This document shows, one piece after another, positions 1 through 14,200 of a stretch of 64,000 bases of DNA. Position 1 is the first letter of the stretch; each line of letters opens with the position of its first letter. The translations under genes were made by a program, and so were the position numbers. The notes under the pieces are model-generated. The model was not told the DNA's origin, did not search any database, and saw nothing but the letters and a program-made list of their open reading frames with translations. This DNA comes from Balanoglossus misakiensis (Eukaryota; Animalia; Hemichordata): positions 13,767,129 through 13,831,128 of the forward strand of contig CM082576.2 in assembly GCA_040954595.2 (NCBI GenBank), written 5' to 3'.

Positions 1-3000
1 ACAATGATGCAACAGAGAGCACATCTTCAGGTGTGCTTTGAACTGATGACGCATACATTATACCTTGTATGCAGGTAGCTTGAAGCAGAATGCTGTATGG
101 ATCAGTGAATTTACTATTGGTGACAACATGCACTGCATAGAAAGTGGAGTGGTAGTAAGTGGGTAGTTTGCACTGTGTCACGACGAACCAACAGAATTTT
201 GTCGTGGTTTACAGAGTTAAATGCAACTTATAGTTGGCTTGTTGACAGCGTTGTAGCATCTAAAGTTGACAATGGGAGTATTGTAGTTTGTTGATTGGAT
301 AAGTCATTTGCCTTTTGTCTCCTGGTTTCTAGCCGTCAGCTACAGTAGGTATGGTTCCTGGAGTGGAATGCGATATTGTTTGAACAGCAGACAATTCTAG
401 ATCAGATGTGTAGGTCATGGATTTAGTTCATGACCTTACTATCAATGGAAATTGGCCCTAAAACACAGAAAAATTTCAGAATCAATTGATTTGGAAAAGG
501 TGATGGCGTAAATTAATGCTTACATGTATGTTCTTTGAGGAGAGAAGGTATTGGTTGTATAGTGTACTTTCTCAAGTTGTTTGAAATTGCGATTTCTCGT
601 AGATGCCAAGTTGTATTCAACAAGTTGTAGACATGTCAGAAATGCCGGTAACTAACTTGTTGGGGAGACCGCAAGATGCTTGGCGCTACTTGTATGTGGC
701 AGATGAAAGCAGACATGAAGCCACTCCAACACAACTGTCTGAAAGTGTAAAGGCATGTAACAATAGACATCTGCATTGTTGTTTTCTGAAAAAGCACAGC
801 TGATGGAGATTTTACGTCTAACAATGAGCATAACAAGCTTCACAGAGAGAGACAGTTACAGCTTCTTTTGTTACGGAACAGTCCAATTAAACGACTGCCT
901 TCAAAGAGCTGTCTGTTGAAACGTGATTCGGACATTAAAAATAAAATGATAATAAATTCTCCACCCGAGTAGTTTGCTATCCCATCTAGCTGTGGGTTTG
1001 AAAAGATTTTGTTTAAAGATCCCAAGAGTTTTGTTTGATGTGAACAATGTATGTCGCCACACCTTTGATTGTGTGAATGTTGAAAATTTTAGATGGAACT
1101 ATAAGCTACACATGTACAAGGGACGGCTTTATTACTGAGCCACTGAATTCACTGTCAGATCCATAGACTTTCATGTCATGACACAAGTTTGTGTGCGGAT
1201 GTATCTTGGTTGAAACTATTTCAGCTATTTGTTTTTTTCACTTTCATGGGTTGGTTGGAGAGGTAGAATAAAAAAGGGACAGAAAAGAAAAATTCTTTAG
1301 AAGCCATTCTCTCCGTACTCAATGAAGTTATTTTAGAATACTATGAAAAGTGAGGAATATTGAAATAATTGAGGCTCAACCTCAATTATTTACACATGAA
1401 CTCTCTTAGTGTGTCCCTAGTGTGTATGACAAGACGTGATGTCAACTCTGTATTGAATTAATAATAGGGATCACAAAGTTGTCGTACCTGGCCATAGGGG
1501 TTGCTGATTTTTATGGTCATTCACATTTTTTTTTCATTTGAGCCCGACCAACCAGAGTTGAACACAGTGTAGAGGTTGAGAAATGAAGAAAATAAGCAAG
1601 TCTCCTCAAAATTTAGTCACTGGCAACTTCAAACCAGAATGTTATACTTTCAGTACAGAATATGTTCAAGCAATACATATTTGGATGGTTCAATCATGTT
1701 TTCTTTAGTGGCCTTACTTGTTCAATCTGAAGGGAATAAGAGGATCTCTGGCAGACAACACCCAAAACAAAACAGTTTCACTTTCTGCCATACCATTTTG
1801 ACATCAGGTGAACTTGAAAAGGTCAAAGGTTAAAACAGGATCAGAATGAACAGTTGAAAGAAAGCGAGTCTGGTTTAATGGTGTGTAGCCATAAAAGTAC
1901 ATGATACATGTAAATACCTGCGAGTAGAACAAATATGTTGTTTTTTGAGGAGAGAAGGCATCTCTGAGAGTGTTCAACTCTCAAGTCAACATTTTGACAA
2001 CAGATTGCGGTAACAGTTTTTTTTTTTACACTAACCCTAACAGGCACCATTGTTGATTTTCCCAATTGTTGGTACAAAGCAGAGTACACTCCGCCACATG
2101 TGGTAGAAATGAACCACTCTGCAGAAAGAACAAAATCTCTTGTCTCAATTAAGACACTCCGTAACCAGTACCTGGTGTTGAAAGACAGGAGAGCCATCCA
2201 AAGAGTCGAGTTTGGGACATTTTGAAATTACACTGTGCCCTGTGTTACCCAGGGGCCAAAACAACAAAGGCAAGGGGTTGTTCGTTTCAGAAACCCTAAC
2301 ATGTTTTCTGAGTCCGCGGAGGGAATGTGGGCGTACGATTGAATGCATGTTTGTGATAGTGCTACTGTGTTGGGAGACCCAAAGTATAATGTGTCTATAC
2401 TTTGGGCAAGTACAATGGCTGAAATTGATGGGTTTACACACTTGTACTGGAGGTGATATATTGAAACAGCCAGCCTTTGGATATGGTAGTACATTTGTAC
2501 GTGTCCAAAACTGAGTGACCAGGGCTACGTATAAGTACGACTGGTCTGACTGTAGACAGTGGAGGTATATAAGGGCTGTAGAGTTGCAAGACAAATTGAG
2601 TCGAAATGAATACGTGGGTTTATTATCGTGTAGTTATTGAATAAATGTATAACTATTATTATCCACTGTATGCGTGTAGTCACTTAGCATTCGTGTAACA
2701 TATACATGTATGTACATTGTACTGTGTGATTCAGCCTAGCTTCAACATGACCAGAATGCTACCTGTTGCATGCTGTTCACTGAGTTTAAAATTTAAAAGG
2801 CTAGTGTGGATTGCGTATCTCGCTGCAAGATTCGTAATCCCAGAGAATGCCAGAATTCATTCATACATCGCCAAAGCTAATAAAATAATCATGAAGCCAA
2901 CATGATTTGTCACTTGGTGTGAGGTCATCCCAGAGGTCACGTGACCTAGTGACTGGGATGCATGCATGCTCAACAAGGAATTAGCTTTGTTGAGACACAC

Positions 3001-3451
3001 TGTTTCATTGAACTGGGAAAAGGTAAATCAATAAATTACTCCAGGAGCTCTTGTTTTTGTGAATTACGTTGGCCTTGCAATTAGCATGCGATGGATAGTA
3101 GTGCAGTCAGTACCGTTGTATTTACCACGATTTTAAGGGCATTGTTTCAAAAATAGCCTGATGTGTCATACATGCATTTTTTGCTGCTGTATGTAGTATT
3201 CATCGGATAGACTATATTTAGCCCAATTGAAGATATACCAGTTCAACTGACATTTGTACGTACGTACGCAAGCTGTTGTGCATTGATATGAAACCTGTCG
3301 AACGCGGTGACCAAAGTCTGTTGGCTGTCAGGTGTTGGTTTGGGCAATTTATCGACTGAACCCGGGCGGTACATGTAAACCGACCACCTGTACCATACGG
3401 CGGGCTGTTGGACTTTGGCTATAGGCTTTTGCCGAGTCGGGACTTTGAGTA

Positions 3452-3572
3452 ATGTTGCGGAAATTTCGCAGCCTCAGGAGAAAGAGCAGCAAGGGAGATG
3501 CGGGGAGCACGCACACTGATGGAACGGCTGAGTACGATGGGATTTACGTGCAAGTTAATGTCAAGCTAGGAA
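3452..3572 (+). CDS. Candidate alternative first coding exon A (MLRKFRSLRRKSSKGDAGSTHTDGTAEYDGIYVQVNVKLG)
   Basis: ATG at 3452, 121 nt open, donor A|gtaagt in phase 1 matching the acceptor at 11192; lies in a CpG-richer patch. Confidence 0.6.
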
Positions 3573-6500
3573 GTAAGTAACTTGGTATGGATGAAGTCAG
3601 TGTTGTTTATTTTACACTGTACAGACAGACGTGCAAGTTGTAACTCTCAGCGCAGAGTGGGTAGTTGGTTGTACAGTGGGATGACAATTGCTGTAATTGT
3701 CAAGTGTAAGGACAGACCTCTCATTGTAGTATGGACATACCACTCTTTTCTGAAACCTCTTGTCTACACATTCAACCTTGTAAAGATATGGAGATTCACC
3801 TAGTGTATAATACTTCTGTACACGTATAATCATCATCTCCTAAACTCTGTACACACTATTTAAAATACTAGAACCTGGAGATTGAACTCATTTGAATACT
3901 ACTATAGGGTACCCAACCAGTGCGTCAATGAATGAGATGATAGTATCTGTTTGTATCTAAAGAGCAAAACTATGGCCGTTAAGTTAAAACAGTTGAGGTC
4001 ATAAATTGTTTTTAAAAATTTGGTCCATAAATAATCTTTTTGGTATGTCAGGTACACTAGACCATCTATTCTACTGGTAGGTGAGCCCTTGTAGTGTGTG
4101 AGTCATTCTTTGTGAAGCTTTAAAGGCAGAGGGAAATTGTCGTAGGTTGTCACCTTGAGCTGATGTGTAAACGATATGGTGATGCAAGGTATCATATGGG
4201 TACAGGTATATGTACAGGTCTATAGGGGTGACATTGAAATCAGTCAGACATTATAGGAAAGAGCCACTAGTTATGTAATGTTCTGTGTATCATTAAGCAA
4301 CCTGCTGCTTGTAAATTATTTGAATGTCAAATTGTTTTATTTTTTGAATAAAACTTGATTAAAAAAAATGAAACTGTTGGATAGTACTTGCTGTAGAAAG
4401 TGAATGCATATGTGTACAGTACAACATATATTATAAAGAAATTTTCACCAGAATTATTGCTGGTTGATGAGTGTACATGTTGTAATTTCACAGCTGCTTG
4501 TGATAATCATTCTTCAGAAAGAGTAGCAATTGTTCTAAACATCCGCTCCAGTAAATAATCCAGTGTTCACTGACATACAAATTATGATGGAAAATGGTGA
4601 TAGTGTCACTGTCTCTTTTTGTAGATGATGATGTGAACACATGGTTGGTCATTTTGCCAGGAAAAGTTTGTTTCTTGACTTCAGGTGTGGCTATTGTGTG
4701 ACCTGCACACGGAATCAATAGTAGATACAGTATGGTATTGTCGTCACATACCACTTCACAATTGAACTTTGCCATTGTAATGTGGTAGATATAGATTTTT
4801 TGTCGGTGGTTGGTCAGGTCACCTTTGTCGGTGGTCGTTCGGGTCACCTGGGTAGTCGTAAAACTATGTTTACATTATTTTGCATGCATTTCTTCATTTT
4901 AACTAAAAAGATAAACCTAATGATAATTCACAACAAAATTGTTCTTTTGTATAGATCATATCATATTTCATGTACATGATGTATTTGTATAATTGTGAAG
5001 GTCTAATTCTGATATGTATTTCCATGACGAAACTAACTTTTGCTGGCAGGTACATGTACATGTAGCATGCTTTAATTAATAGCTTACCACATTGAAAAGC
5101 TGTGTGGTCAGTGACATTTAACTGCGTACAGAAAAAAAGAAAGTCGTCAATGGTAAATTGTCTTCATCAAGCACCTTCGCACCTACACATCTGTTACAGG
5201 ATGAAATATTAGCCTGGGCATATGGTGTCATTTCTATATGACAAAGTGGTTGTATGTACAAAGTGTATTTTCTTAATTTCCGTATGACAGATATGGATAA
5301 CTTGATATATTAAATTCCACGGATCGTGCAATGTCAGAACACCTCCACCAGTATTGTCTAAAAGCATATTTACCTGGGGTGCATTGTGTTAGGAATTCAG
5401 GTCATTGCTAATAGCAACCGAAGTATGACAGTGAAATTGATAAGAATGTTAGTATGCTTGCTCTTCAAGCCGCTCAGTTTGTGAAGTGAACTTCTTGTGA
5501 TTCTCAGGGGATTTAGGGACAAAGAATCTGATTTTTATTGTGAGGAGTTTCTATAGGTTTGACCAGTCGATCTAAAATCAGCAAGTGGACCTGGATATGT
5601 GGATTTGCTATGTTCTACATTTACATGTATTTGGTGCGAGGCATTGCACGTACCAGTAGAATTTCTTTTCCCATCCCTCATCAGATGTTACTAATCAAAG
5701 TATTCCCGCCCATGTTGTTTTATACTATAGGTCATATTTTTCTATTATGAGCTTTTATGCAGTCGACAGGTGTTGTCCCAAATGGTTGATCTGTTAGATT
5801 TTTGACTTGGATTATCATTGCTCATCATTTCATGCATCATGAAAATTTTCTTTCAAGTAGCCACATATTGTTTACATCTGTATTATTCTTCAGTTTGTGG
5901 AATTTCATTCATAATAGTTTGTTGAACTATATAATTTACCAATACAGTGCATCACATTCTAATTTTGGAACTGTAGCAGAGGTTTTGTAAAGTCTACTGG
6001 GAAGGGTTTGGCAAACTGTAGTAAACTAATATCTGATAAAGAAAGAAAACAAAAACAAAGTTACATCCGCGTTTTTTACTATTTATAATGGTGGGGACTG
6101 TCCACAAAACTGACTTAGTAAGTTAGTTGTTTCCATTTGGGACCAGGGTTCATTTTGTCAAATTCTTTTAATTTCATTTTACATTTTTCAATTTCAATTT
6201 TTCAAGTTTACGTGTATTTGTTAGCCTAAAGATATCATCGGAACCAAAACAATCTTCAGCAAGATACGCAAACTTATTAAGTGACACCGATATTAAGATG
6301 TAGGCTGCCCTCTTGTGATGATTACCTTGAGGATACTAAGTCGGTATACAGGCACTATTACATGTAAAGACAGAGCCACACTTTCGAGTACATGATGGAT
6401 GTACATGTACATATTAAACAAAGACATTTGACAGTACAGAAATGAGATAAGTCATACACATTGTACATGTACATGTACAGTAGGATTAATAAAATTCTTG

Positions 6501-7214
6501 ACTGTGTACTTTTACATGTACTTTAATACCTGCATTATTGTGTATGGCTTCATTAACACTGGAAGTACCATTTAAATCTTGCAAGGTCCCTCAGTGTGTT
6601 CATGGCTTGAAAAAAAACAATTTGTAGATTGGAAAACTATCTTTGGCTCACAATGATACTCAGTCCACCATGTTGGAGAGGATTCTTAAAATATTCTCAC
6701 ACCACAGCTCTCATAATGAAGTAAAAATGTTGCATGTACGTGAAAACAAGATCATTTACATTGTACGAACGCATTGACAACATTCTGACAGTCATTTGTT
6801 GTCCAGTTCTTTACTCAGAATCTGAAGATAAGGAAAGCATAGTTTGAATATTTTTTTCTGAGATATGCTAATGCAGGCTATGCCTACATGCTGGTTGACT
6901 CATAGCCATGCCCTGTTCTTAAGGACACAGCGATACCTCCCACTGTGTTGACAACATATCATTAGGGTCATCTCTGTGCTAATTATGGTTTGTTTTATGT
7001 GTGGTTATTCTATACCAAGTATACATATACATTGCTGTACTTATGAAGGGTCAGAGGTCACTACAGTTTCTGAAACACTTTCTCTGACATCATCGAGATC
7101 CTGATTATGTATGTGGGAAGACCATGGCCGCGAGTGGCTGACGATGTTGATTTTGCCCTTGAACTAGTGCGTGGTATATTGTTGTGTGTATATGTCTGAC
7201 ATGTTGATATCAGT

Positions 7215-7299
7215 ATGGAACCTGCAAGGAGCGAACGGAGCAGAGATCGACATTGGCGGACGTTGTTTGAGGAGTTTCCAGAGGGCTGGTTGTTGAGAA
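7215..7299 (+). CDS. Candidate alternative first coding exon B (MEPARSERSRDRHWRTLFEEFPEGWLLR)
   Basis: agtATGG Kozak, 85 nt open, donor A|gtaagg in phase 1 matching the acceptor at 11192. Confidence 0.6.
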
Positions 7300-9044
7300 G
7301 TAAGGCGATTGTTTTGTAGTTTTGGAGTTGGCGCTTCTCTGTGGCCTTTTTTTATTTTGATGTGTTTATGGAAGTCTTGCTATCCGGTATCGCTGATATC
7401 AGTTTTGAGTCGGATAGGATGGCATCCATGGAAAGGAGGTTGCATAAGGAGGAAGTGGTTAGATGCGTCTGTAAGGAATCAAACTTTTCTTGATGGAAAT
7501 AGTGAAGAAAACTTTTTGACATTATTTTGACAGAAACTGTTCTCATGTTAATGGAAGATTTATAATTACATGTTTATGTACACGTACATGTAATAATTAG
7601 TTGGCAATGGCTGGTGGGGAAAGAAAAGTTATGAAATGGCACAAGCTGTAACTCTTGGTTATATTTTTCAGTATTTTTATTTTTGTTAATTAACTACAGT
7701 TTCCCAGTATTCTATGTGTATAATGATTGTTTATAATTGTTGACAAATGAATTGTCAGAAAATTCAATTTTCGACAAAAACAATTTACCGACTGGACACA
7801 CTTAAATGGAACTTTATCAGCGAAGATTATACAACAATCATTTTCTCCTGATACTTGTGACCCATGATGCAGTGGATATTTTCCTCAGAGCAAGTACAGA
7901 GTTTCCTGAAAGTTTTGGTCTATAACCACACACATATGTTGGCAGTATAACCGCTCTATTCAATACCAATTTATCTTGAATGCGTATCTTTATAATTCAC
8001 CTCCATTTCATGTTGAGTTGTATTGGTTTCCTGCGAGACACTTTCAACATATGTTTCTGTGATAGGCCAGTCAATAATATAAGCCCAAAGTCTGGATTCC
8101 CCACAGGGGTTTGATGTAGTTAATCCATAGGCACGTCTTATGTGGCTTCTGTTTGGTATGTAAGGATTCACTGGAGAATTTCTGGCCGTCACAATGTATC
8201 ATTGTGAAATTGTTTATATATATAAAAAGAAGTGCTCATTAACAACATTAAATATGTCAGGGTGCAAATGTTGTTTTTTTCTGAGAAGGCAAGATACCTT
8301 TATAATGACCTATGGAAAATTAGCCCTTTAGTTTTATGTATTATAAATGTGTAATTAAATTAAATATGGTCTACTGACGTACTTAATCTCACACTCTAGG
8401 GTCTATAACTTAATTAATATATGATGGTCTAGACAAGTAATACATACAGCACAAAAGTGATTGTGTGTATTTAAACAGAGCTTTGGTGTAGAGATCAAAT
8501 AACAGTGACTGGGACATTCTTATCTCTGAATCAATTAATTGGTCGCCTTTGCTCCACCATCAATGGAATGTTCAATCTATTTTTCTGTCCAAGGTCATCT
8601 GCAACTATAAACAAGCTTAATGTTGAAAAATATTTTTACCATCACACTTTCCAAGATAACTTTGTACACAATCATATCTATTAAATTCAGATTTATCTAT
8701 GTTTTTACTGCTTTGACTAAGATTTACGTCATTGGTAATTGTGAAAAGGGAATTGTTGGTAGATGTTTTTATCATATAAAAACTCAATGTGCTGTTCTGA
8801 AACATTTTGTGGTTTACACGCCATGTTCAAACTGTCACATAAAATAAACTGAAAGTAACAATTTGTAAAGTGTTTTAATGCTAGGTATTATTTCATTGTT
8901 ATGTGGGAGATATGTTTTGATTTATGGTACATGTAGTCACTAATGGCTGACATGTGAAGGACTTCTTAGACACACAACCTGACACCTATTATTGCACTCT
9001 ATACATAAAGTGCAATAAAAGAAGTTTTATCACTTTATCGCAAC

Positions 9045-9208
9045 ATGATAATGATGATGATTATGATGATGATTATGATGATGATGGTGGTGGTGTTAGA
9101 CTTAGTTGTGGTGATGATGATGATGATGATGTTGATGATGATGATGATGATGATGATGGTGGTGGTGTTAGACTTAGTTGTGGTGATGATGATGATGATG
9201 ATGATGAC

Positions 9209-9268
<60 letters not shown>
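9045..9268. repeat. (GAT)n microsatellite with a duplicated internal spacer
   Basis: GAT runs interrupted twice by ggtggtggtgttagacttagttgtggt (9086 and 9158). Confidence 0.97.
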
Positions 9269-11191
9269 ACCATCAACATTTTTTGGCATACTTGAAAGTA
9301 AATTCCATTTGTGTATCGATAAACTAATGAAGAAAAAGTTACAGTAGTGAGTATACACGATTTACGCCATATTGTGGTTTAACTGTTATTGAATTGTGTA
9401 CGTTTTAAAATTTAATCACTGGTTTTAAGTTTCTAGGAAAGTTTTGGAGCTTAATGACAGATTTATGTGTGGGGAGGATACAGGACTATATTGATAAGTT
9501 TGATGGATTACTAACAAGTCAGGGTTTTGACACTAACAGCTGAATTGCGGCAAACTAAATGTCATTTCACCAAGCTGCTTCATAATCTTGTGTAAAAAGT
9601 AGAATGAAGTATTTATAGTTTTAGTCAATTAGCATTTTTCATGGTGACTTTACATTGTAATTCTCGTATCAGCTGGTCACGCGTGCGCTGTGTATATATA
9701 TATAGTCCCTGGAAAATTCTGAGTCTGTGTGTCCACTGGCAAAAAGTGAAGTATGGACTGTCAGTGGAACCGTGACCTCCTTTAATTAATATCAGATATG
9801 TCATCATTTGATTTTTAAAGGGAAAACTGGACTATAATTATTGGCCATTCAATGTTCACTTTTATTTACAGTACTCCAGCAGTACAGTCAGTAAATCATT
9901 GTTAATTCATTCCTTATCTGGAAATACTTCTTTAGCCAAATACACTACAATCTGTCAAACTTGGACACCAACAAGACTGAGAAATTGGTTTGCAGAGCTG
10001 TCTAATTCATGGAGGCTCTTTTAAGTTTTATAACTTTGGCTGCCGAGTGTGAGGATTGGGACTATGAATAGCAGTGTTCAGTTTAGAAAGGTTTACAGAT
10101 TAGACAGGATGCAGTTCAGAAAGGTTTCACTATATTTTTCTTGTGTGAACAGTTTTAAACTGTTAAGTGTGACTGTAGCTCTGAGTCGACTTTTGTTTAG
10201 GTACCGTACCGGTAGCCTGAGGTAACAAGTAATTTCAAACCCTCTTATAGTTAGTGAAGGCATGCTTAGTTTGCTCAGCAAATGTTGCTTGGTAAAATCA
10301 CTGTATACTTAACACCAATTTGTAGGTATCGGTAAACTGTTATGTGTATGTACAATAGTGGTTTGTTGTATGTGCTACTGAGATTAATTTCCTACAGCTA
10401 CCTGCCATATGAGAAATAATCTCCAGTGTTAATGAAATTTAATGTGATCAGAATATATGTTTAACTGTAAATTGAACTTTATAGGAGTAATTCTGAGAAT
10501 GAGCAAACACTTAAGTAGCTTATGATACCCTACTTACACTAATTCAATGAAACAATGCAAGTGAATTTTAGAAATGGTGATGTAATAATGCGCGCAGGAA
10601 TGTTACGATATAGCAATTAGTCACGTATTCCTTGCTGTCTGCACAATACTACATATTAATTGTGTATGTTTAATGTTGTATTTTCACTGTAATTTGATAA
10701 TAATAGTACTTCAGAAGGCATTGCTGTAACTATGGTGATGGAGTGTCTGACAGCAGATATGTGTTCTGGTATTGGTGATAACTGAGGGTATTATTACCAT
10801 CAGTTTCAGAAGTTCATGAAGTTCTGTTGACCCAAATTTTCAAACACTGTCACTGGTTATTTCAAAGTCAATATTCTCAAACTGCTCCTCATAATGAAAC
10901 ATACATTGTATGTAAGATGAACACATGCATGGCCACACAATAAATTCTGTCAGTTACATTAGAACGAAAAGCTGTACGGTCAAGGTTATCACAATTGTAG
11001 GAAATAAATTGGTCATATTATTACCAGAATAGAACTATGCCTACATGTATTATTAATTTCTGATGTACACTTTAAATTGAATGAATGCTATCCTCTGTGA
11101 AAAGGTTATCAGTTTCTCATAAATATATACTCAAAACTAATATTATCCTATTAAATACTTTGACTGATTGCTTTAATGTGTTTTATTTCAG

Positions 11192-11253
11192 ATGAGCAAG
11201 AATTGGTTCAGAAGAAGACATTTACAAACTGGATCAATTCAATACTTGCCAAG
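11192..11253 (+). CDS. SYNE1: exon 1 (common), CH1 start
   Basis: tttcag|...AAG|gtaaat; EQELVQKKTFTNWINSILAK; phase 1-0. Confidence 0.93.
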
Positions 11254-14200
11254 GTAAATAATCAGTTGTGTAGTTGTTTTGGTGAAGACCAGAGGTACAA
11301 TTATTGTACAGAGAGCAGATGAGCCATCAAGTCTCCTAAACTCTGCATTGTGATCAAGCTTATGCTTTATAAAAACATGAAGTTGATACATGTATTACAT
11401 GTGCAGGGGGTAGTGGATGATCAAATGCCCCATTTCACAAACCCTTTCACCACTATGGTTTGATCCAAATCCATTGTTTTCTTTTGTAATGTTGGACCTC
11501 TCAGCGAAATGGGGGTGAAAGGATATCTGGCTCTGATATGTTTTCAATGCTATAGTCGTCATGAGTTATATAAAAATAGCATTTTGTTTTGAATATTATG
11601 AGTCATACAGCACAGGCCAATTGTCTCAGTGGTAGAAACTGAATGTGTACACAGTGAATGAGTCTCTCAATATAGACATTGAATAGTTAACCACTGGTAC
11701 TTATTGTAATGTTTACATTTATGCATGTATAATATGGCTACAGCAGTAACATACATGAAAACAGTGTAGAGATGAGAATCATATTCGTCTTTGAAGATGT
11801 ATATATCTGTGAAATGTTTGTTGGGTTGGGCCAGTTATTGGTTTCACTTCTGTAGTCTGGGCTGAAAGATATTTGTTGACAGTGTTTGAACTTTAGGTCA
11901 ATTTTTCCTCACCTTGACCTCAAAGCTACATGTACATCTATCACTGTATCCTCATAGCTATAATTACTGAGTAATTTTAGTGACAATAAGATAAAAATCA
12001 TATTTTGGAGATGTGGTTTGGTGTGTGATGTGACAAAACTGACACTGAAAAGCTAAAAGTAGTACAAACGAGATTGGTTTAAAATTTTAGTTTGCATTAC
12101 GCATAGTGCACAAAAAACAGTTGACAAAAATACTATAATGATTAATTATATCATTTGATTTCTAAATTTAAAATCTCTGAATATCCAGTCACCGTGATCA
12201 CAGTAATTTTTGCCATCATCTGTGCCTGTATGAGTGTGCCACAGAATGTCATCAGCTGTACATGGTATTAACCAGATTTAAACGCCATTTCCTAAAAAAC
12301 ACAAAACATAAGAATGGTATGTGGCAGGCAGAATGACAGTCATCACACACGTCACTCAGTCATACTTGGCAGTGACCTTGTCGATGACACGCAAAATTAG
12401 AGGGTCAACATGGCAATGACTCCACTGATTTACCCTTTGGCGTCATAACAGACTGAAATAGTGTTTCGAAATAATAGCATTATATACATAGCGTCTAGAA
12501 TGTTAACAGTTGTGGCCTATTGTCTCTGACCCTGTACGATTGTTGACAATCTAATCTGTTGTGACTTTGATATGCGATATGGGGCTGTGCAGTAAATGGG
12601 TCAGCAAGACAGGATTCGGTTAAAGGAGGTCATTGTCACACATCCCTGAAACTAACTGCATTAACACTTTGTTATGTTTATCAAAACTGTGCACAGTTAC
12701 ATCTAAATTCATCTTGATTTTCACTTTAAGTTTAAGTGTTTACATGCATACATTTGTACATGACTGTGTAACATCCTTTCTGGTACATAATGCATTAAAG
12801 TGGAAAATGTTGATTTCTTTTACCTTCGTTACAGAGAGATCCCCCACTACAAATCACAGAGTTATTTGAAGACATCAAAGATGGCACCAAACTACTTGCA
12901 CTCCTGGAAACGGTGTCCGGAGAAAAATTGGTAAATTGAATTCTTATTTACTTATATATAATATGAATGGTAGAAACATACAGAACGACAGACAGTTTTC
13001 ATTGGAATGATAAGATCAGAGAAAAGTATGCAAATGAAAGGTTGAAAGTTTTTAAGATGAGAATATAGCATTATTGTAATGTGTGATACACTAGCAATGT
13101 GGATAGAAATACAAAAATTAAGTAGATTGCATTTTTCGCTTTTATTTGCTCTTGTTGGCTATATAAGTATGTAACTTACACATTTTTCTGTATTTTTTTT
13201 CTCTAGCGTTTTGAAAAAGGAAAGAACTTGCGTAGGTTACATTTTCTCAGCAACATCAGGACGGCTTTGGAATTCCTGGAGAAAAAGAAGGTAACTAGCA
13301 ATAAAAGAGGGAGTGTTTGAAACTAGAGCAATACCTTCAGGTCTGTGATTGTCAGGCATTGTGCTGCACAGTGGAACAATGCGCTGTTGTGTGAAGGCCA
13401 TCGGCCAAGTTGTTTTAGCACCATTTGAATAACAGAGAAAGGTGTCCCCGGTTGATAGGGAAAATATTTTGATTCCGAGTCAGAAAAGGCAAAAGATTAA
13501 GTAACGTTGCGTCCTTGTTGATGAGTGTGCGTTGTGATGTAACCGAGTTCCTCCGGGAAAACTTAGAAAGTGTGATATAACCCGTTGAAGGGTCTATCCT
13601 GAGGAAAGACGTTTCACAATACCCTGCTAGTGATGTTGATAATGACTGGTAGTTGGTAAAAACAAACTTGTACTTTCTTTTCATTCCAACATTTCAACAG
13701 CTACCCTCAGTAATTTTCCATGAAACAGTATATTATCTTACCACCTGCAGGAGTTTTAACCCTTTCACCAACACGGTTTGGTCCAAATCCATTATTTTCT
13801 TTGCTAAAGTTGGACCTCTATAAAGGGAACTGGGGTAGAAAGGGTTAAGTACTATTCAACCTCATGCTCAAAAACATAGCTACCTCCCTTGCAAGACTGG
13901 CATTACCCCCAAAAGTTCATCTTCACTTGTAGCTGAAAAAAAGGCAATGATCCATCCTCGTTCATGGCAATGTTGTGTTTGTTTTCATCCATTTAAAACG
14001 AAGAATGTTTGTAATTTCCATTGTAGATCAAACTGGTCAATGTCAATGCCTCCGATGTTGTTGATGGTAAACCAGCCATTGTACTTGGTCTTATCTGGGT
14101 AATCATTCTTTACTATCAGGTAAGTGCACTTACGTATATTTCATGCCGGAATTCATTAAAGGTATACAGTCACCACCAATTTACATACGCCCATATATGA

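Noticed and set aside
1841-2594. Overlapping 88-149 aa ORFs on both strands
   Set aside because: No homology cues and no phase-1 donor linking them to the gene
8954-9358. Poly-D, poly-M, poly-I and poly-S ORFs
   Set aside because: Translation artefacts of the (GAT)n microsatellite
10200-10221. 21-nt ag/gt-flanked segment upstream of exon 1
   Set aside because: Contains TGA in the required phase-1 frame
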